Below are positions 24,657-32,163 of a stretch of DNA of 32,163 nt, in pieces. This DNA is from a bacterium (GTDB taxonomy: Bacteria; Arandabacterota; Arandabacteria; Arandabacterales; Arandabacteraceae), in the NCBI GenBank assembly GCA_049288275.1, contig JBAQHK010000242.1, positions 1 to 32,163 on the forward strand. Direction: 5' to 3'. The position numbers and the translations under genes were made by a program. The notes under the pieces were generated by a model. It was not told the DNA's origin. It made no database searches and worked only from the letters and a program-made list of their open reading frames with translations. Numbering within the stretch: position 1 is the stretch's first letter; every line of letters starts with the position of its first letter.

Positions 24657-24887
24657 GGCGCCTCGTTGGCGAAAGCCCTTCGTTCAGCACTACATTCACT
24701 CCGCGCAATTCGCCAACATCGGCGTCACCCGCCGAGGCTTCGGTCGGGGATTGCGCTCCGGCTCAGAACCCCATTCGCCTCCGCATCAATCCCCTTCCCT
24801 CGCCTCTGCCGCACGTGGGCCGAGGAAGGGCCGATTGCCCGTAGCGAATATCAGTACTCTGAGCGAAGGGCTTCGGCCCGACGAGGC
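24657..24887. repeat. Copy 2 (complete) of the MITE-like repeat: ~230 bp bounded by imperfect ~28-bp terminal inverted repeats; no coding capacity
   Basis: Left end is GCGCCTCGTTGGCGAAAGCCCTTCGTTCAG (24657-24684). Right end 24859-24887 is its reverse complement at ~23/28 identity. The interior matches copy 1 in inverted orientation. A third partial direct copy of the terminal repeat plus GCAATTCGCCAACATCGGCG lies at 24657-24724. Confidence 0.7.
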
Positions 24888-24912
24888 CCCGACGCCGGCA
24901 GCCGGGCTGAGC

Positions 24913-24985
24913 TTGACTTGCCGCGCGGCCTCGCTTAGAGTGCAACGTGGCACGCTGCTTCAAGGCTCCCGGGTGATCCGATCAC
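24913..24985 (+). promoter_or_regulatory. Promoter of the hrb-fprA-rbr operon (TTGACT-17-TAGAGT) and downstream palindrome GTGATC-C-GATCAC (candidate operator in the 5' UTR)
   Basis: TTGACT at 24913-24918, a 17-nt spacer, TAGAGT at 24936-24941. The perfect 6-1-6 inverted repeat lies at 24973-24985. GGAGG lies 9 nt before ATG 25042. Confidence 0.4.
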
Positions 24986-25041
24986 GGAAAACCTGTGGAG
25001 CGATCGCGCATCACATGGGAAAGCCCCGGAGGTGGATGTAG

Positions 25042-25752
25042 ATGGACGCCAGAGCCTTGTGGCTGTGCAGCTACGGCCTGTACGTGGTCAGCTCTAAGAA
25101 GGGTGACAGGATGAACGGCCAGGTCGTCAACACGGTCTTTCAGGTCACCGCCGAGCCACCGACCATAGTGGTAAGCATCAACCGCTCCAATCTCACTCAT
25201 GAGTTCATCTCGGCGAGCAAGGTCTTCTCGGCCTCGATCCTCTCCACCGAGACCCCGATGCCCTTCATAGGCAAGTGGGGCTTCAAGTCCGGAAGGGAGA
25301 TAGACAAGTTCAAGGACACCGAGTTCAGGCTGGGCAAGACCGGAGCGCCGGTGGTTCTTGACCACTCCCTGGCTTTCATCGAGGCGGAGGTGATCTCCGG
25401 CCTCGATGTCGGCACGCACACGGTCTTCGTCGGCAAGGTCGTGGACTGCGGCGTGCTGCGCGAGGGCGAGCCCATGACCTACGCCTACTATCATCAGGTT
25501 AAGAAGGGCAAGACGCCCAAGGCGGCGGCGACATACCAGGAGGAGAAGCGGGAAGAGAAGAAGGCCGAGCCAAGAACGGAGGCGAAGACGATGAGAAAAT
25601 ACAGATGCACGGTGTGCGGCTACATTTACGACCCACAGGTCGGAGATCCCGACGGCGGCATCAAGCCCGGGACCGCGTTCGAGAACATCCCCGACGACTG
25701 GGCCTGCCCGGTGTGTGGCGTGGGCAAGGATCAGTTCGAACCTGCGGAGTAG
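25042..25752 (+). CDS. hrb: High-molecular-weight rubredoxin: flavin reductase-like (FMN-binding) domain fused to a C-terminal rubredoxin domain
   Basis: The N-terminal flavin-reductase-like fold begins [14 protein letters not shown]...VNTV...[13 protein letters not shown] Lys/Glu-rich linker follows. The C-terminus has rubredoxin Cys pairs [10 protein letters not shown] and [12 protein letters not shown]. The same architecture occurs in Moorella Hrb. Confidence 0.85.
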   Translation: MDARALWLCSYGLYVVSSKKGDRMNGQVVNTVFQVTAEPPTIVVSINRSNLTHEFISASKVFSASILSTETPMPFIGKWGFKSGREIDKFKDTEFRLGKTGAPVVLDHSLAFIEAEVISGLDVGTHTVFVGKVVDCGVLREGEPMTYAYYHQVKKGKTPKAAATYQEEKREEKKAEPRTEAKTMRKYRCTVCGYIYDPQVGDPDGGIKPGTAFENIPDDWACPVCGVGKDQFEPAE

Positions 25753-25781
25753 CGCAGTAGCGGCAGCGGAGGACGATGGGC

Positions 25782-26969
25782 ATGGCAGTGACCAAGATCA
25801 AGGAAGGCGTGTTCTACGTCGGCGCGATAGACTGGCAGCGGCGCCTTTTTGACGCCCTGATACCCCTGCCCGACGGCACCAGCTACAACTCCTACCTCGT
25901 CAAGGGCAGCGACAAGGTGGCCCTGATCGATACCGTCGATCCGTCCCGCGAGCAGGACCTGCTGTCCAATCTGGAGAGTCTCAAGATCACCAGCATAGAC
26001 TACATCGTGGCCAACCATGCCGAGCAGGATCACTCGGGGCTGGTGGGCAAGATGGCGGAGCGCTACGGCGGGGCCAAGATAGTGACCAACGCCAAGTGCA
26101 AGGACCTCCTCAAGGAGCACCTGCTCATACCGGAGGAGAGGTTTCTGGTGGTCGGCGACAACCAGACGCTCCCGTTGGGCGGCAAGACGCTGCAGTTCGT
26201 CCTGGCGCCGTGGGTGCACTGGCCCGAGACCATGTTCACCTACCTTGCCGAGGACAAGATGCTCTTTTCCTGCGATTTCCTCGGGGCTCACCTTGCCCCT
26301 CACAAGCTGCTGGTCGATGACCTTGCCGATTTCCGCCACGCGGCCAAGCGCTACTACGCCGAGATAATGATGCCCTTCAGGGTGAACGTGAAGAAGCACC
26401 TGGAGCGGCTGAAGGCGCTGGACATCGAGATCGTCGCGCCGAGCCACGGACCAATTCACATGCGACCCAAGTCAATCATCGGGGCCTATCAGGATTGGGC
26501 CTCCGACGGGGTCAAGAACGAGGCGGTCCTTCCCTACGTCTCGATGCACGGAAGCACCCAGAAGATGGTGGATCATCTGGTGGACGGGCTCATCGAGCGA
26601 GGGATCACGGTCAGGCCCTTCGACCTGGTCGTGACCGACCTGGGCGACCTGGCCGCCGCGCTGGTTGACGCCGCGACCCTGGTGATCGGCGCGCCCACCG
26701 TGCTGGTGGGGCCCCATCCACAGGCGGTCTATGCGGCCTTCCTCGCGAACGCGCTGCGACCCAAACTGCGGTTCGCGAGCATAATAGGATCCTACGGTTG
26801 GGGATCCAAGATGGTTGAGACCATCCAGGCGATGATACCCAACCTTAAGGTTGAAATCCTCACCCCGGTTGTTGTAAAAGGATACCCGAAGCCGGACGAT
26901 CTCAAGGCGCTCGACAGGCTGGCCGACGGGATTCTCGACAAGCACAGACAGGCCGGCCTGCTGGGATAG
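25782..26969 (+). CDS. fprA: Flavodiiron protein (A-type flavoprotein, O2/NO reductase)
   Basis: HAEQDHSG is the H-x-E-x-D-H di-iron motif in a metallo-beta-lactamase-like N-domain. The flavodoxin-like C-domain carries SMHGSTQKM. ATG 25782 with GGAGGA 8 nt upstream is preferred over 25776. Confidence 0.9.
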   Translation: MAVTKIKEGVFYVGAIDWQRRLFDALIPLPDGTSYNSYLVKGSDKVALIDTVDPSREQDLLSNLESLKITSIDYIVANHAEQDHSGLVGKMAERYGGAKIVTNAKCKDLLKEHLLIPEERFLVVGDNQTLPLGGKTLQFVLAPWVHWPETMFTYLAEDKMLFSCDFLGAHLAPHKLLVDDLADFRHAAKRYYAEIMMPFRVNVKKHLERLKALDIEIVAPSHGPIHMRPKSIIGAYQDWASDGVKNEAVLPYVSMHGSTQKMVDHLVDGLIERGITVRPFDLVVTDLGDLAAALVDAATLVIGAPTVLVGPHPQAVYAAFLANALRPKLRFASIIGSYGWGSKMVETIQAMIPNLKVEILTPVVVKGYPKPDDLKALDRLADGILDKHRQAGLLG

Positions 26970-26988
26970 GCGGTCAAGGAGGAAGCGA

Positions 26989-27462
26989 ATGAATGCCTTC
27001 AAGGCGGGCGAGATTCTTCAGGTTGCCGTCAGGATAGAGGAAAACGGCGAGAAGCTCTACCGGCACGCCAGGGGCCTTGCCGACGATCCGAAGCTGAAGG
27101 ACCTCTTCGGTTTCCTGGCCGGCGAAGAGGCCAAGCACAAGAAGACCTTCGCGGAGATGGCCTCCGAGCTCGAAGCCTACGAGCCACCCGAGACCTATCC
27201 CGGCGAGTACCTGGCCTACATGCGCGCCTACGCCGACAACCTGGTCTTCCCTGCCGACCTTATGGAAGAGGAGCTGGAGGACATGTATGATGTCGACGAG
27301 GCCGTCGAGTTCGCCCTCCAGCGCGAGATTGAATCCATTCTGTTCTACATCGAGGCCAAGGCGCTGGTACCCCAGGCCCAGGCCGACGCGCTCGACAAGA
27401 TAGTCGCCGAAGAGCGCAGGCATTACCTGAAGCTGGTCGAGGTGAAGAAGAGCCTGGACTGA
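26989..27462 (+). CDS. Rubrerythrin/ferritin-like diiron protein lacking a rubredoxin domain
   Basis: Two E-x2-H motifs (GEEAKHKK and EERRHYL) fall in four-helix-bundle spacing. AAGGAGGA lies 5 nt upstream. It is the third gene of the hrb-fprA cluster. Confidence 0.75.
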   Translation: MNAFKAGEILQVAVRIEENGEKLYRHARGLADDPKLKDLFGFLAGEEAKHKKTFAEMASELEAYEPPETYPGEYLAYMRAYADNLVFPADLMEEELEDMYDVDEAVEFALQREIESILFYIEAKALVPQAQADALDKIVAEERRHYLKLVEVKKSLD

Positions 27463-27492
27463 ACCGGGCGCGACCGTCCAGAGGAGACTCCG

Positions 27493-27933
27493 ATGGCGAC
27501 GAGGCCGCGAGTCTACACCGCCGCAGACGCGGCATGTGATGCCGGCACCAGCGAGGACTCCTATCTCACCAAAGTGGTGAAGTACATACCCGCGGAGATT
27601 GTCGCCGCCTACGTGGCAGCCGCGCGCGCCCTGGAGGGGGCCGGCGGCCAGGTTGACCTGGAAACCGCCCTGTGGGTTGTGGCCACGGTTCTCCTGGCCC
27701 TGACGCCGCTCTGGATCATCTTCGCCGCTTCGGAGCCGGGCAAGCCACGACCGGCCTTCCAGGCCGCAGCGGCCGCCTTCGCATTCGCCTGCTGGGTCTT
27801 CGCCCTCGGCGGGCCGTTCGAGTTCCTGGCCTGGTACAGACCGGTCTACGGCACCCTGATCCTGATCTTCGCCACGCTGGCGCTGCCTGTGGTCGAGAAG
27901 GCGTTGGTGCGCCCGCCGGCGCCGGCCCGCTGA
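27493..27933 (+). CDS. Small membrane protein, unknown function (3-4 predicted TM helices)
   Basis: AGGAG lies 6 nt upstream of ATG. Hydrophobic segments are ALWVVATVLLALTPLWIIFAA, AAAAAFAFACWVFALGG and LILIFATLALPVV. Codon usage is GC3-rich. Confidence 0.5.
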   Translation: MATRPRVYTAADAACDAGTSEDSYLTKVVKYIPAEIVAAYVAAARALEGAGGQVDLETALWVVATVLLALTPLWIIFAASEPGKPRPAFQAAAAAFAFACWVFALGGPFEFLAWYRPVYGTLILIFATLALPVVEKALVRPPAPAR

Positions 27934-27944
27934 GGCCGCGACCG

Positions 27945-28703
27945 GTGGCGATCTACGACGGCTTCGCGGCGCTTTACGCCCACGGGCCCTACCCCCGCTA
28001 CAGCAGGCGCATGGCCGAGGCGATGCCCACAGTGCTGAAGAGGCTGGGCGCCGCCCCGCGGACCCTGCTTGATGTTGCCTGCGGCGAGGGCACCTTCGCC
28101 GTGGCGATGGCCCAGGGGGGACTGGCGGTCACGGGGATCGATCAGTCGGCCCGGATGCTCGAGTGCGCCCGGCAGCGTGCCCGCGAGGCCGAGGCCGAAG
28201 TAGACTTCGTCCAGGCGGACATGCGATCGCCCGGCCTCGCAGGTAGATTCGATCTGGTCACTTGCTGGTACGACAGCCTCAACTACCTTCTGACCTCGGC
28301 CGATCTGCGTGCGGCCTTTCGGGAGATATCCGGTCTGCTGTCGCCGCAAGGCCTCTTCATCTTCGACATGAACACCATCTGTGGGCTTGCCGTGCTTTGG
28401 AAGTCGCACCCTTATTGCATCATCCAGGACGGGGATGACATCTTCGACGTTCACGCCAACTCCTACGACCACGAGACCGGTATCGCCACCAAGCGAATCG
28501 TGGGATTCGTCCGGCGCGGCGACGCCTGGATCCGGATCGAGGAGGAACACATCGAGCGTGGGCACAGCCTGGCTGAGATCAGAGCCTGTCTTGCGGCAGC
28601 CGGCCTGCGCGAGATCGCGTGTTGGGGGAGCATCGAGACCATGACCGAGCCCGGCCCCGACGCCGGCCGTGTCTGGCTTGTGGCAAAACCCGCGGATATC
28701 TGA
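27945..28703 (+). CDS. Class I SAM-dependent methyltransferase
   Basis: Motif I is LLDVACGEGTFAVAMA. The motif II acidic residue is in VDFVQADM. The post-I region is FDLVTCWYDSLNYL. Start is GTG 27945, directly after the stop of the upstream gene. The longer ORF-track call from 27672 overlaps 27493-27933 and is rejected; ATG 28011 is an alternative. Confidence 0.7.
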   Translation: MAIYDGFAALYAHGPYPRYSRRMAEAMPTVLKRLGAAPRTLLDVACGEGTFAVAMAQGGLAVTGIDQSARMLECARQRAREAEAEVDFVQADMRSPGLAGRFDLVTCWYDSLNYLLTSADLRAAFREISGLLSPQGLFIFDMNTICGLAVLWKSHPYCIIQDGDDIFDVHANSYDHETGIATKRIVGFVRRGDAWIRIEEEHIERGHSLAEIRACLAAAGLREIACWGSIETMTEPGPDAGRVWLVAKPADI

Positions 28704-28760
28704 TAACGTCGCCACCGCGGAGGCGCCGAGGCGCCAAGGGAATCCGGAGGGCCTTACACC

Positions 28761-30200
28761 ATGAAGCCTGGCAACGGTTCAAGGAGGCCGGCGGGAGCCG
28801 GCCCGGAGAGCCGCGGCAGGACCGCGACGATAGTGATTCTTGCGGTGCTCTTCGCGGCCGGAGCCTTTCATTGGATCTGGTTTCTCAACTACGGAAGGAT
28901 GGACTTCAAACCCTACGACTGGGGAAAGGAGTTCATCTACTACTCTGTTCTTCGCCAGGCCGTAAGCTCCGGCACCATGCCCTATCACATTTCCCTGGCC
29001 TTCCACGGGAGCAATCGCTTCCTCGCCCTGCCGGAGGTGAATCTGTCTCCCCAGATCTTCCTGCTGCCGGCGATGAGCGTGGGCACATTCGTGGTCTTCA
29101 ACACTTTGATTCTCTACTCCGCCGGCTTCGTCGGCAGCCTGCTCTTGAGGAGAAGATACCGGCTGTCTCTGGCGGCGTTTGCGATGTTCTTCCTCCTCTT
29201 CAACTTCAACGGCCACGTCACCGCCCACATGGGCGTGGGACACTCGATGTGGGCAGGCTACTTCCTGTTGCCGTTCCTGATGCTGTTCTTGCTGGAACTC
29301 CTCGACGGCGAACCCTGGCGCTCCACGTCCGTGAAGCTGGCTCTGGCTCTGTTCTTCATACTGCTCCAGGGCTCGTTCCACCTGTTCGTCTGGTGCCTGC
29401 TCTTCCTGGCGCTGATGCTGGCCTTCAATTGGAGACGGTACTACAAGCCCCTGGTCACGACCGTGGCGCTGAGCGCGGTGTTCTCCGCCCACAGGCTGCT
29501 GCCGGCCTTGTTCGCTCTGTGGGGCAAGAAGGAGAAGTTCATCTGGTCCTATCCGACCCCGCTGGAGCTCCTGGACGCCCTGACCTCAATCAGGGAACAC
29601 ACCCCGGACAGGTTGCGCCCCTGGGGCACCGCAGGATGGTGGGAGTACGACGCCTACATCGGGCTGGTCGGCCTGGCTGTCCTGGTCGGTTTTGGCGTCT
29701 GGCTGCGCTGGAGTAGGAATCCCGACCTCGACCGCTACAAGTACCCGCCTCTGGACCTTCCCCTGGCCGCCATGACGCTCTTGTCCATGAGCTACTTCCA
29801 CGCCTTCATAACCCGCATCCCGATTCCCCTGTTGAAGAGCGAACGGGTTGCCATGAGGTTCATAGTTGTGCCCCTGGTGGTACTCACCGTGCTGTCGGCG
29901 ATACGGATGGGGCCCACGCTGGCCCGCATCGGGCGGGGCTTCAAGTTCAGGTTTGTCGCGGTGGGCGCGCTGGTCCTGACGGCGCTTTCCTTCCTGGATC
30001 ACTCCTACCTGTGGTCGGTGGGCAGACTGGGCCGCCAGTTTGCCTCCAAGGACGTCGATCTCACCATCCCGCCGATCCAGAGCCAGGCCGACGGCTTCTA
30101 CAAGACCATGGTGGTCGCCTCGATCGCGGTCTCCGCCGCGGCGGTGGTCGCAGCGATCTACGCCGCCGTGAGACTCCGCGGCCGCGAGCGAAGCGCCTAG
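28761..30200 (+). CDS. Large polytopic integral membrane protein (>=10 TM helices), unknown function
   Basis: GGAGGG lies 9 nt upstream of ATG. The protein is highly hydrophobic with Trp/Tyr/Phe-rich loops. No family could be assigned confidently from sequence. Confidence 0.6.
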   Translation: MKPGNGSRRPAGAGPESRGRTATIVILAVLFAAGAFHWIWFLNYGRMDFKPYDWGKEFIYYSVLRQAVSSGTMPYHISLAFHGSNRFLALPEVNLSPQIFLLPAMSVGTFVVFNTLILYSAGFVGSLLLRRRYRLSLAAFAMFFLLFNFNGHVTAHMGVGHSMWAGYFLLPFLMLFLLELLDGEPWRSTSVKLALALFFILLQGSFHLFVWCLLFLALMLAFNWRRYYKPLVTTVALSAVFSAHRLLPALFALWGKKEKFIWSYPTPLELLDALTSIREHTPDRLRPWGTAGWWEYDAYIGLVGLAVLVGFGVWLRWSRNPDLDRYKYPPLDLPLAAMTLLSMSYFHAFITRIPIPLLKSERVAMRFIVVPLVVLTVLSAIRMGPTLARIGRGFKFRFVAVGALVLTALSFLDHSYLWSVGRLGRQFASKDVDLTIPPIQSQADGFYKTMVVASIAVSAAAVVAAIYAAVRLRGRERSA

Positions 30201-30204
30201 CCGG

Positions 30205-30921
30205 TCACTCCTTCCAGCCGCAGACCGGCAGTGACAAGTCCGACGAGCCGGCATCTTCGGCGCTGGCGCGCGACGACTTGTCGATGTCGATGATCTTCAT
30301 CCCGTCGAAGTACTCCCTGGTCTCGTACCGCGTGATCTGCTGCAGCTTCCCGGTGATCGCGGCCATCGCATCCGCCGCTTCCCTTATCTTCATCACCTTG
30401 CCGTAGAGGTGGCTGTTCCGGGCCATCTCCTTCAGGAGCAGCTCGGCGTAGCCCGAGATCACCTGCATCGGCTGATTGAACTCGTGGCAGGTCGCTCCGG
30501 CCATCTCCACAACGCCGCGCAACTTCTCCCTCTGGAGCAACTCCGCCTGCATCTCCAGAATCCGCCTGCCCGCGCGCACGCGGACATTGAGCTCGTGGGG
30601 ATGGAAGGGCTTGGTCACGTAGTCGTCGGCCCCGGCCTCGATGCCCTCGACTATGTCCTCCTTCTGATCGCGCGCAGTCAGGAGAATGATGTAGGCGTAG
30701 TCCTTCCGCTGGAGCTTCCTCACCTCGCGGCACACCTGGACCCCGTCCATCCCCGGCATCATCCAGTTGAGGATGGCAAGACTGGGGGAATCCTCCCTCT
30801 GCAGCACGCGCCAGGCTTCGGCGCCGTCGGCGCAGGTTATGACCTGATATCCCCACATCGCGAGTTTGCGTTCAAGCAGCCGCCTGGATACCGCGTCGTC
30901 TTCGGCTATCAGAATCCTCAT
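30205..30921 (-). CDS. Response regulator receiver domain fused to a HisKA-like dimerization/phosphoacceptor domain (no ATPase domain)
   Basis: The REC domain carries IAEDD...D-containing LNWMMPGMDG...T...K. The C-terminal H-box-like EMAGATCHEFNQPMQVISGYAELL is followed by ~80 aa with no HATPase motifs. ATGA overlaps the upstream gene. Confidence 0.8.
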   Translation of the reverse strand: MRILIAEDDAVSRRLLERKLAMWGYQVITCADGAEAWRVLQREDSPSLAILNWMMPGMDGVQVCREVRKLQRKDYAYIILLTARDQKEDIVEGIEAGADDYVTKPFHPHELNVRVRAGRRILEMQAELLQREKLRGVVEMAGATCHEFNQPMQVISGYAELLLKEMARNSHLYGKVMKIREAADAMAAITGKLQQITRYETREYFDGMKIIDIDKSSRASAEDAGSSDLSLPVCGWKE

Positions 30922-32163
30922 TGTGCCTCCCTTCCCAGCGCAAGCAAAGCGGGTTTCAGCCGTTCAAGTTCATTCTCGAGCATCGCCCTGGCCGCCTCAG
31001 CCTGGTCCAGCGAGCCGTCGCGCCCGATCTTCTCCAACCTCTGGGCGGCTTCGAAGGCCGCCTTCGCAGCGAAGTTGCCGACAGAGCCCTTGACCGTGTG
31101 GGCGGCCCGCTCGATCTGCACGGAGTCCTTCATTGCGACCGCTTCCCTCACGCGCGCCACCAGGCTGGGGCACTGCTCCAGAAACATCGCGGCGATTTCC
31201 CTTAAGAGCTCGACGTCGCCCTCAAGGTGGGCGATAGCGCCGAGCCAGTCGATCACGTTTTCGTCCTGCTGCGATTGGCCGGCCGGCACCGACGATCCGG
31301 CCTCCGGCGAGACCATCCTGTCCATGGTCTCCAGAAGATCCTGGGCGCGAATCGGCTTGGAAACGTAGCCGTCCATTCCAGCGTCCAGGCAGCGCTCGCG
31401 ATCGCCCTTCATAGCGTGAGCGGTCATCGCAGCGATGGGCACGTGCCCGCCGGTGGTCTTCTCGCGGGCGCGGATCTCGCGGGTGGCCTCGAAGCCGTCC
31501 ATCTCCGGCATCTCCACGTCCATCAGCACAAGATCGAACTTCTCCTTCTCCAGACAGGCCAGCGCCTCAAGCCCGTTGGAGGAGGACACGATGGTGTGGC
31601 CGCGCTTCTGCAGCATTCTGACCACCAGCTTGAGATTGACCGGGCTGTCCTCGGCCACCAGAATGTGCAGGCTCCTTCGATTCTCCCTCAGGGTGTGCTG
31701 TGTTATCAATTCAACCTCCCGGCCGTCCCTCGTCTTGTTTCCCAGGGTGAGCATTATCGCATCCCAGAGGTCGGCCTGCTTGATGGGCTTCACCAAATAG
31801 GCGGCAATCCCCAGCTCGCGGCATCTCGCGCCGTCGCCGCTCTTGCCGCCCGAAGTCAGCATTATCAACACGGTCCTGGAAAGATCCCGGTTTCCCTTGA
31901 CCAGCTCGGCAAGCTGGAAGCCGTCCATCTCCGGCATTCTGGCGTCTATCAGGGCCAGGGCGTACGGCTTGCCTGCCCTATGCGCGCCCTCCATTTCCCG
32001 AAGCGCGGCCTCACCGCCGTCTACCGACTTGGGCTTCATGTGCCAGTTGGTGAGGATCTCTTCCAGCAGACGCCTGCTCCTGGCGTTGTCGTCCACCACC
32101 AACGCCCTCAGCCCCTCGACGTTGACCAGATCGGCAAGCGGGGTCTTGGACATGGGCCCGCGC
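30918..32163 (-). CDS. Phosphorelay protein with two receiver domains and a C-terminal Hpt domain; may be the C-terminal part of a hybrid histidine kinase continuing beyond the window
   Basis: REC1 has LVVDDN...D and DARMPEMDG...K. REC2 has ILVAEDS...LMDVEMPEMDG...K. The Hpt domain is HTVKGSVGNFAAKAAFEAAQRLE. The frame is open from ATG 32153 to the window edge, so the 5' end is undetermined. Confidence 0.8.
   Translation of the reverse strand, partial: RGPMSKTPLADLVNVEGLRALVVDDNARSRRLLEEILTNWHMKPKSVDGGEAALREMEGAHRAGKPYALALIDARMPEMDGFQLAELVKGNRDLSRTVLIMLTSGGKSGDGARCRELGIAAYLVKPIKQADLWDAIMLTLGNKTRDGREVELITQHTLRENRRSLHILVAEDSPVNLKLVVRMLQKRGHTIVSSSNGLEALACLEKEKFDLVLMDVEMPEMDGFEATREIRAREKTTGGHVPIAAMTAHAMKGDRERCLDAGMDGYVSKPIRAQDLLETMDRMVSPEAGSSVPAGQSQQDENVIDWLGAIAHLEGDVELLREIAAMFLEQCPSLVARVREAVAMKDSVQIERAAHTVKGSVGNFAAKAAFEAAQRLEKIGRDGSLDQAEAARAMLENELERLKPALLALGREAQ

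Noticed and set aside
19893-24887. Possibility that the repeats are a CRISPR array or integron attC sites
   Set aside because: There are only two or three copies, in mixed orientation, separated by kilobases of genes rather than by regular 30-40 bp spacers. No cas or intI gene is present, and the structure (terminal inverted repeats, internal hairpins) fits a MITE or REP-like element better.
24583-25041. tRNA gene adjacent to the recombinase (a common integration target)
   Set aside because: Intergenic regions were scanned by eye for tRNA hallmarks (GTTCGAATC-like T-arm, acceptor-stem complementarity). None was found, though this has not been verified with tRNAscan.
27672-28703. Longer 343-aa version of the methyltransferase ORF
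   Set aside because: Its first 91 codons overlap the better-supported 27493-27933 gene in another frame and add no methyltransferase motifs. GTG 27945 directly after the upstream stop gives a canonical-length class I MTase.

Overview
High-GC (~66%) bacterial chromosomal segment with 32 supportable protein-coding genes. No rRNA, tRNA or CRISPR array was found. The dominant feature is an 11-gene minus-strand operon (9800-19711) for a Hyc/formate-hydrogenlyase-like group 4 [NiFe] hydrogenase: large and small subunits, NuoC/H/I/L/N-like subunits, HycB-like polyferredoxin and HycI-like protease. Its first two genes encode a sulfhydrogenase-type AsrA/HydB-like beta subunit and an FNR-like gamma subunit in place of any formate dehydrogenase, suggesting NAD(P)H-coupled, possibly ion-translocating, H2 metabolism. 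Upstream (low coordinates) are a partial P-type ATPase and a cell-envelope locus (OM beta-barrel protein, FN3-membrane protein, LpoB-like lipoprotein). Also here are a GT4 glycosyltransferase, an orphan AmmeMemoRadiSam-type radical SAM enzyme, glutamine synthetase and a PhoA-family alkaline phosphatase. Downstream of the hydrogenase promoter lies a ~4.6 kb segment bounded by copies of a previously unannotated MITE-like repeat (19893-20035 and 24657-24887, the latter with ~28-bp imperfect terminal inverted repeats). This segment carries a PAS sensor protein with a small Cys-rich partner, a 929-aa SPFH-phosphodiesterase-TPR fusion protein and a XerC/D-like tyrosine recombinase. It is followed by an O2/NO detoxification operon (high-molecular-weight rubredoxin, flavodiiron protein, rubrerythrin-like diiron protein), an uncharacterized membrane-protein/methyltransferase cluster, and a translationally coupled phosphorelay pair (REC-REC-Hpt protein and REC-HisKA protein lacking an ATPase domain). 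Several very long antisense ORFs in the six-frame track are judged high-GC artefacts.
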